DNA of 64,000 nucleotides from a virus: IMG/VR virus record IMGVR_UViG_3300043256_000125, positions 2,627 to 66,626 of that record; one strand, 5' to 3'. Shown piece by piece: positions 57,863 to 64,000 of this stretch (position 1 is its first letter; each line of letters starts with the position of its first letter). The notes under the pieces were generated by a model. It saw only the letters and a program-made list of their open reading frames with translations, ran no database searches and was not told where the DNA came from. The position numbers and the translations under genes were made by a program.

Positions 57863-58217
57863 TCGATCGCTCCCTTCGTTTAGATCGCATTTGCCCCAAC
57901 TTTACTTCTGCGTCTCGCAAACGCTTATTCAGATTCCGGACTTCCGTTGCGAGCAACTCCAGATCATTTGCGCCGGCCTCGATAAACTGCACAAGACATT
58001 CGTTGCGGATGGCTACACAAGAAATAACGAAACCGTCCGCGTCGATTGTTTGTTGTGGGGAAAGTAGAGGTTGCGAAGATGTCCCACGCAAGGCCGTTAA
58101 GGTAATATTAAAGCCATCCCTGTTCGCGCGTCCCTTGTTCACGTGCTCCCACGAAAACGGACGCCGTGGCATCCCAGCAAGCAAACGTTCAATTCTTTCC
58201 AGTTCACCCTGTTTCAT
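57855..58217 (-). CDS. Hypothetical protein
   Basis: ORF overlapping the portal stop. Confidence 0.5.
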   Translation of the reverse strand: MKQGELERIERLLAGMPRRPFSWEHVNKGRANRDGFNITLTALRGTSSQPLLSPQQTIDADGFVISCVAIRNECLVQFIEAGANDLELLATEVRNLNKRLRDAEVKLGQMRSKRRERSNE

Positions 58218-60180
58218 CTTTATCTCCCATGCTGAGTTCTCGTTTGTCGGCCCACTGCTCGACGCATCGGGCCACCGATTCGGTCAGTTTGTCGGCCTTG
58301 CACTCGGCCGCCATCAACAGTGCTTCGCGGGATTGGTCGATATGGGTTTGTGCGAGGTAGCAGACGGGGACGGCCAGGGCAAGCGAGGCGATCTCGAATT
58401 TCGCCAGGCAGAGGTCCGCGTGTTTTTCGTAGAACCCATCAATCGACTTAAGGAAGTTGCCGCCAACCGCCGCCGCCCGCTCGGCAAACTTGCCCTCTTT
58501 GGTCAACAGTTCGCGGGTGGCAATTTCCCAAGCGCGTTGGCCGAGCCACTTTTGCGACACGTCGTCTGCGCCAATGACCGTGATCCGATCGTCGAGACCG
58601 GCAACCCCGTCAACAAGCCTACGCACATGATCCTTGATCTCACCCGACACAATCAAGGCGTTTGTGCCCACAGTTACTACGGTTGCTTTCAAGTCCGCCC
58701 GACCCGCGATTTGCTCCAAATGCCGCAGTTCCGCGGCATTCTCAGCACGCTCCGCTTCGCCACGCGCCATTATCGTTTCGTGCCGCCCAACGAGTTGCGA
58801 GCCGAATAGCTCGTCGTGACGCTCTTCATGCCGCTCTTCATCCTTTTCGTCCTGCCGGTCAAACCTCGCGCGAATTACGGCCGTAGAATTCGCCCGCTGG
58901 TCCTCCGTCTCGCCGTCCTTCTCCGGCGGCGTATCATCATTGCCTTGCGCCGGCGGCGGGGCTTTCGGATTCGGCGGCCCCTTGATAGCCAACTCCAGCG
59001 GGATCAGGTTCGCAGGTACGAAGTGAACGTCACCGTCCGGGCCGATGGGGTTCTTATCGTGCAGTTCCCGGATTTCGTTGACCGTAGACTCGCCCATCAT
59101 AAACATCTTGGTAGCAAACTCGGCCTCTTGCTTCGGGTCCCCCTGCAAAAACGCCCGTGTGTTGAACTTGGCAAAATGATCCGGTGGCAGTAGCTTGCGG
59201 TTGATCTCCTCTTGCCACCGCTTTATCCACGGTAGCATCGTAAACTTGATGAATTGCCGGCCCAATTCAGTGACGTTGGAAAACGTGCCGTGCGTAAGAT
59301 CCTGCAACAGCGGCGGGGGAATCCGGTAGACCCGGGCGATTTCCTCGATGCCGAACTTGCGGGCCTCGATCATCTGCACGTCTTCAGGGTTCATCTGAGC
59401 CGTGGCGTAGGTAGCCCCGCCTTCGAGAATCTGGAGCTTGTGCCGGCTGCCGCGTTCGCTGCCCGATTGGAACGCTTTCTTCGTGCGCTCGTACGCCTTG
59501 TCATTCATCGCAGGGCCGGCTGGCATCGTGATATACCCGTTCGGCCGCGCATCGTTGGCGAACAGTTCTCCCGCGTATCGCTCGGCCGCCTTGTTTACCC
59601 CGATCGGATCCTTCATTAGACTGATCGGCGAGTAACCAATCAGCCCATCGAAGCCCAATCCAGGCACGTGAAACATATTCTCGGCCTTAACCCAGGTCTC
59701 GGTGCCGACGTCATCGTGCAGCTGATACCAAATCTCCCCATCTACGTCGTCACGCCGCACTGGCTTAGTGTGCTGCGGCTTCGGCGACCGCTGCCAAAGG
59801 GCTTGGGGCGTGCCGTCAAAGGACCGTTGGATTTCGGCATAACCATTGCCCCAGGTTCCCAGATGAACTTGCAGCGTCTCCCGAAAAATAAACGACGTCG
59901 TCTCTTTGTTGGGTTCGTCGTGCAGCATCCGTTGCTGCCTTAGGTTAGGCGCAGGTTCCTTGCCGCCGTTAGGCAGATTCCGAAACACATCCAACGGCAA
60001 GCACGCCAACGTTTCACCCAATACCCGATTGGCCGCATAGACCGCCGCGCAGGTCAGCGCCGTGCTCTCGTTGATCGTCTCACCCGACGAGGTCTTACGA
60101 CCCTGGGTGATCCAGTCCACCATCCACCGTTCCGGGTTCACCGTGCCGCTCAGTGCGTCCGCGATTGCAGTTCCGATCAT
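58204..60180 (-). CDS. HK97-family portal protein with C-terminal extension
   Basis: AL...AVYA....L....A.LPL, GNGYAEI, GFDGLIGYSPI, Q..EARKF..EEIARVYRIPP, TVNEIRE. Confidence 0.95.
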   Translation of the reverse strand: MIGTAIADALSGTVNPERWMVDWITQGRKTSSGETINESTALTCAAVYAANRVLGETLACLPLDVFRNLPNGGKEPAPNLRQQRMLHDEPNKETTSFIFRETLQVHLGTWGNGYAEIQRSFDGTPQALWQRSPKPQHTKPVRRDDVDGEIWYQLHDDVGTETWVKAENMFHVPGLGFDGLIGYSPISLMKDPIGVNKAAERYAGELFANDARPNGYITMPAGPAMNDKAYERTKKAFQSGSERGSRHKLQILEGGATYATAQMNPEDVQMIEARKFGIEEIARVYRIPPPLLQDLTHGTFSNVTELGRQFIKFTMLPWIKRWQEEINRKLLPPDHFAKFNTRAFLQGDPKQEAEFATKMFMMGESTVNEIRELHDKNPIGPDGDVHFVPANLIPLELAIKGPPNPKAPPPAQGNDDTPPEKDGETEDQRANSTAVIRARFDRQDEKDEERHEERHDELFGSQLVGRHETIMARGEAERAENAAELRHLEQIAGRADLKATVVTVGTNALIVSGEIKDHVRRLVDGVAGLDDRITVIGADDVSQKWLGQRAWEIATRELLTKEGKFAERAAAVGGNFLKSIDGFYEKHADLCLAKFEIASLALAVPVCYLAQTHIDQSREALLMAAECKADKLTESVARCVEQWADKRELSMGDKDETG

Positions 60181-60350
60181 TCTCGCCCCCCTTTATCGTT
60201 TCGCCTCTTGGCGATTTCCATAACCACTGCGGAACCGGCCAGCACAATACCCAGCAGTATCAATCCTGCCGGGGGATAAATCCATGCAGTTCCCCCGCAG
60301 ACTACCAGCGTCCCTACAACTGCGAACGTATCGGCCGTGGTCCATTTCAT
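60177..60350 (-). CDS. Small membrane protein
   Basis: Two hydrophobic helices (WIYPPAGLI). Confidence 0.6.
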   Translation of the reverse strand: MKWTTADTFAVVGTLVVCGGTAWIYPPAGLILLGIVLAGSAVVMEIAKRRNDKGGRE

Positions 60351-60355
60351 TTTGG

Positions 60356-60730
60356 TTACGCCTCTACTGGTAATCTCGCCGCGAAATCCTTGAGCCTCAC
60401 AGCAGCAACATCCAACCGCTCCTGTCCCTCTAGGCCGAAAGGAAATGGCAGCGCGCCGCTCAACCAATCCGCCACCTCTTTCAACAAAGCGGCATCTTCA
60501 TCCGCCGGCCGCTCGATGTCCGAGTTCCCCGGGCTAGCGGTGCCTTTTGTAGGTGGCCCTGCTTCGAGCGCGACTCGAATCAACTCAGCATGCCGGTAGC
60601 ACACTTCGCCCCTCCATAGCGTCAGATGTTCCACGACCTCGCGGTCGAAGGTCGGCAACTTGTCAAACCGCATCTCGTACGTTTCAGCGTTTTCGGCTGA
60701 CTGCGGCGAGCACATATCGCAAAGCTTCAT
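60356..60730 (-). CDS. Hypothetical protein
   Basis: ORF directly after terL. Confidence 0.5.
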   Translation of the reverse strand: MKLCDMCSPQSAENAETYEMRFDKLPTFDREVVEHLTLWRGEVCYRHAELIRVALEAGPPTKGTASPGNSDIERPADEDAALLKEVADWLSGALPFPFGLEGQERLDVAAVRLKDFAARLPVEA

Positions 60731-60732
60731 CT

Positions 60733-62424
60733 CTACACCTCAAACGAACGTACTTCGTGATTCTCGTACCATGACGGCCCCACCATCCGGTTCGACGCAT
60801 CCAGACCCATGATCGTGGCCACAATGCCGTCGATCTTCTTGATGTCCCCATGCTCGGGTTTCACTGGCCGAAGATTATCGTTGCAGTCGTGCCACACCTC
60901 CACGTGACCCGACTGCCAGGTGGTGATCGGGTTGCCGTTGTGGTGCAGCTTGCCGGCCAACACCATCCGCTCAAACTGCGCCGTGGCGCCCGCAAAGCCC
61001 ATGATCGTCTGAGGGAACTCAAACAAGCACCGCTCGTCGAACTCGTGGACCTGCACCAGCCGTTGAGTAAAGTCGGCCGCGTACTTGCGATCGAACGCCA
61101 ACATCTGCACGTCGAACTGCCTTAGTATTTCAGCCACGTCCTTTTCAACGAAACTGTAGTCGATCACGCTGCCGGGGATCACCTTCAGCCAGCCCTCGGC
61201 CGCCCATCGGGCGTAGTCCACCTCGTGGCCGTGCCGCTCGATCGCCCGCTGGGGGAGCCAGTACCACGTCAGGAACTTACACGGTTGATCCTCGGTTTCA
61301 GCTACCTCCCCTTCTTCGGGGAACACCAGGGAAAATGCAGTCATGTCTTCGGTCTTGGACAAGTCCAGCCCACCGCCGCACGGTCGGCCGTACAAGTCGG
61401 CCTCAGTGAACTCCTGTGGGCAGGCCACCCAGTCGTCTTGACGTAGCCACGGGTTGGTCGACCGCTGCCAGATGTTTACCCGGTACATCTTGAAATTGGC
61501 TAGCTCGGAAATCGACACCTTCGACTCGTTGTAGTCGCCTAGGAATTCCTCTTCGCCGATCGTGTGGCCCCATGAGGGGTTTGCCATCTTGCCGTACTTC
61601 ACCGGGTCCTTGTCCAACTCCTCGTCGGTCAAGTCCTGCGGGGCCCCGAAGATCATGCCGAACATCTGATGGTCTTCGTGCTCCCCGTCGATCACTCGCT
61701 TGGTATAGTCGTACCGTTGTTTGCCGTAGCCGTCGGGGTTGTTGCCGGCGGTCGACACCTCGATATGAAACGGCTCGCTGCGGCTGATGCCAGCCCGGGA
61801 AATTCGCCCGATGAAGTCCCGGTCTACCACGTGAGTCTCGTCTATCAGGATCGATCCGTTCAAGCCCTCTTTGGCTTCCTTGGTCCGACTGTTGGCCGAA
61901 GACAGCGGTTTTAGTAGCGACCGGCTCGACTCATGGGTGATCTGCATCAGATTCTTGTTCAGCCGGCAGCATGCCGCCAATTGGGGCGAGGCCAGCATCA
62001 TTTCCACTGCATGCTTGCCGGCAATCTCCCGGGCCTGCTGGCCGTCCTTAGCGGCAAGGAACACCTTTTGACCCTGCTCGCCATCACCCGCCAGTAGGTA
62101 CATCCCCCAGGCGGCAAGCTGGGGCGACTTCTTGTTTTTCTTCGGCACCCAGATACTCGCCTTGCGGAACCGTCGCACCTCCCGACCCCACCGCTCAGAC
62201 TCTTTCTTCCACCCGAACATCCGCATCGTGGCCTCATACTGCCAATCGACGCACTCAAACGGCTGACCAGCCCACTCGCCCTCGTACAGACAGAGGTGCC
62301 CGTACATCCAATCCACTACAAACTGTCCCCACGACTCGTCGAACACGTAGCCGGCCGCGACGGCCCGCTCGTCCGACTCGTTGCGAGTCCAGCGTTTTGT
62401 GGTGGTGGTGGCAATCATGCTCAT
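60733..62424 (-). CDS. terL: Terminase large subunit
   Basis: VPKKNKKS Walker A variant, IDETH Walker B, STAG, GLDLSKTEDMTA, KIDGIVA nuclease motifs. Confidence 0.95.
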   Translation of the reverse strand: MSMIATTTTKRWTRNESDERAVAAGYVFDESWGQFVVDWMYGHLCLYEGEWAGQPFECVDWQYEATMRMFGWKKESERWGREVRRFRKASIWVPKKNKKSPQLAAWGMYLLAGDGEQGQKVFLAAKDGQQAREIAGKHAVEMMLASPQLAACCRLNKNLMQITHESSRSLLKPLSSANSRTKEAKEGLNGSILIDETHVVDRDFIGRISRAGISRSEPFHIEVSTAGNNPDGYGKQRYDYTKRVIDGEHEDHQMFGMIFGAPQDLTDEELDKDPVKYGKMANPSWGHTIGEEEFLGDYNESKVSISELANFKMYRVNIWQRSTNPWLRQDDWVACPQEFTEADLYGRPCGGGLDLSKTEDMTAFSLVFPEEGEVAETEDQPCKFLTWYWLPQRAIERHGHEVDYARWAAEGWLKVIPGSVIDYSFVEKDVAEILRQFDVQMLAFDRKYAADFTQRLVQVHEFDERCLFEFPQTIMGFAGATAQFERMVLAGKLHHNGNPITTWQSGHVEVWHDCNDNLRPVKPEHGDIKKIDGIVATIMGLDASNRMVGPSWYENHEVRSFEV

Positions 62425-62897
62425 TTGCGATCTCGTACAGTCACAGGCTTGGCTTCGTCGTCTGGCTCCAAGTCAAGGTGCAGTCGCGCTAATTTCGACA
62501 TGCCGAACTGTGCCATTATCTTCATCATAGTGGCACGTCGGTCCCTGAGTTCAGCCACCTCTGACCTCGTTTGATTGTAAGTTCCCCCGCCCTTCGTTTG
62601 TATTTCCTCCGCAAGGCCATGCTTGTCGATGGTAGCCCTGTACTCACGCGCCTCCACCACCACCTGGCAATACAATTCCAACATCGGCCCATCGGCCACT
62701 GTCAGCATCTTCCGGAGTAGCAGAACCGTCTCTTTCCACACGGCACGCTGCTTTGCGGATAACCGACGCGGGCAGGGCGGGGCTTTCTTCTCGGGCTTCG
62801 GTTCCCTCTTGCGGCCACGCGCGCCCTTCCGCCCAGGCAGATCACTCCCGCGGAATGCCAGTATGTCGGTCGGTGTTGGTGGTGGTCCCGGCATCAC
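62421..62897 (-). CDS. terS: Terminase small subunit (P27 family)
   Basis: GPPPTPT....RG, P.CP..LS....VW, D...LELYC, FG.S..AR; ATGA overlap with terL. Confidence 0.85.
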   Translation of the reverse strand: MMPGPPPTPTDILAFRGSDLPGRKGARGRKREPKPEKKAPPCPRRLSAKQRAVWKETVLLLRKMLTVADGPMLELYCQVVVEAREYRATIDKHGLAEEIQTKGGGTYNQTRSEVAELRDRRATMMKIMAQFGMSKLARLHLDLEPDDEAKPVTVRDRK

Positions 62898-63109
62898 TCC
62901 ACCCTTGTCAGTTCAGTAAAGGCCGCTTGATCGCACGGCTGATCTTGCGGCAGTATTCGATGCTCAATGTAGAACAGCTCCAACGCGTGGATCATCTCAA
63001 TCACTTCGCTCGCTGCATCAGGACGCATCAACGTCCGGCCGCGGGGCCGGAAACCATGCACGTCTTCTAACGCCTCAAGCACTGTCGCCACGACTTTTTG
63101 CGTTGCCAT

Positions 63110-63355
63110 TCACGAAAACCCCTTGAACTCGTCTACAATCACCGTCCGCGATTCATACGCACACGCCACCTCGGGAATCCGCCACCCCGGATCGTCGTTG
63201 ACCTCGCAGAACTTCGGCAAACTCTCCCCCTTCAATCGCAACATAATCCCATCGCGATCCGGCTCTACGAGGAAACCGACAATCTCAACATCCGCCGGTA
63301 GAACCAATAAGTCGTGGACCAAAAGAGTTGGAATACGCACAATCGCTCGCTTCAT
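63110..63355 (-). CDS. Hypothetical protein
   Basis: AAGGAG SD. Confidence 0.5.
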   Translation of the reverse strand: MKRAIVRIPTLLVHDLLVLPADVEIVGFLVEPDRDGIMLRLKGESLPKFCEVNDDPGWRIPEVACAYESRTVIVDEFKGFS

Positions 63356-63381
63356 TTTCAATCTCCTTTTCGTAACGCCAA

Positions 63382-63421
63382 CAAAAAACGACGGCCCGGT
63401 TTCCGGCTCCGGACCGCCGTT
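63382..63421 (-). terminator. Intrinsic terminator-like hairpin
   Basis: AACGGCGGTCCGG...CCGGGCCGTCGTT followed by TTTT. Confidence 0.55.
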
Positions 63422-63735
63422 ATTGTTGGCTCTCATCCCGACGGTCGGCCGACCACCAGGGGAGTTCCGTTCAAGTTATGTCATTCGCCGATTACGCCCT
63501 CACATCCACGTCACGTACCGCTGAGACGATGGTCGATCTCATGCTTTCAGTCCCTCTTCTCGCACGCCTTCTCGATATACTTCAACAACAACCGCATCGC
63601 CTGCTCTTCCGTGAATCCCTCTGTCAGGCAGCCCTTGTATATCGACCCCCAATGCGGCGGGAGCATATCGCTCATCGCCTTGAATCCGCCGTCCAACTCG
63701 CTAACCATTTCGGGGGTAATCTTCATTCTTTCTCC

Positions 63736-63924
63736 TCAGTCAATCACCATCATCAAACCAACGGCTGCCACGCAGCCCACCACTAGGCCAATCGCCAACA
63801 CCGGTATGACAACCGCCACGGCAGCCACTACGGCAACGAAGACACCCGCCATGGCAAGGCAAGCCGGCACGCCACCCACGACGATCAGCAGCACACCGCA
63901 GAGTTTAGTCAGTAGTCGGATCAT
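63736..63924 (-). CDS. Small membrane protein
   Basis: Almost entirely hydrophobic; GGAG SD. Confidence 0.55.
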   Translation of the reverse strand: MIRLLTKLCGVLLIVVGGVPACLAMAGVFVAVVAAVAVVIPVLAIGLVVGCVAAVGLMMVID

Positions 63925-64000
63925 GGTTTCTCCCGTTTCGGTGGAGGTGGCGACACGCTAGCCCCCCCTATCGTCCAACTCTCCGAAAAATGCGGCGGGT

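Larger units (their letters stand above)
1..64000 (-). mobile_element. Tailed phage/prophage genome segment (siphovirus-like, HK97 fold), probable Planctomycete host
   Basis: Terminase, portal, capsid, head-tail, tail tube, tail chaperone frameshift and tape measure genes in canonical order, plus phage recombination and replication genes. No host housekeeping operon in the window. Confidence 0.95.

Noticed and set aside
1-64000. Genome-wide TGA reassignment (code 4 or 25)
   Set aside because: Long genes are open in code 11, and many end in TGA overlapping the next ATG; I found only two internal TGAs.

Overview
The whole window looks like most of a tailed dsDNA phage or prophage genome (siphovirus-type, HK97 fold), transcribed almost entirely on the minus strand. 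The host is probably a Planctomycete: there is a Planctomycete-style ClpC N-terminus, a PEP-CTERM protein and CsrA. Gene order from right to left: terminase, portal, protease and capsid; head-tail and tail genes, including a tandem-duplicated tail tube protein and two glycosyltransferase-like genes; a Cys-rich protein; a plus-strand PEP-CTERM moron; a divergent promoter/HTH control region; a ~3 kb structured-RNA island next to csrA; recombination genes (Cas4-like nuclease, Sak4, SSB); a GHKL ATPase; replication genes (initiator with iterons, DnaC); helicase and methyltransferase; many small modular early genes; and a late cluster of secreted/membrane proteins and tail-fibre-like proteins that runs off the left edge. 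I found no integrase, CRISPR array or recognisable endolysin. The most notable signals are: (1) two tRNA-shelled RNAs with greatly expanded inner arms, one with UCA at the anticodon position; (2) two late genes, each split by a single in-frame TGA followed by a stem-loop, suggesting site-specific opal readthrough; (3) a duplicated ~100-nt RNA motif with a covarying GNRA hairpin; (4) a circularly permuted Cas4/RecB-like nuclease; (5) a 92-nt structured insertion interrupting one of two tandem paralogs; and (6) several truncated host-regulator mimics (ClpC-N, LexA DNA-binding domain, CsrA, HigA). All protein family calls come from reading motifs by eye, not from database searches.
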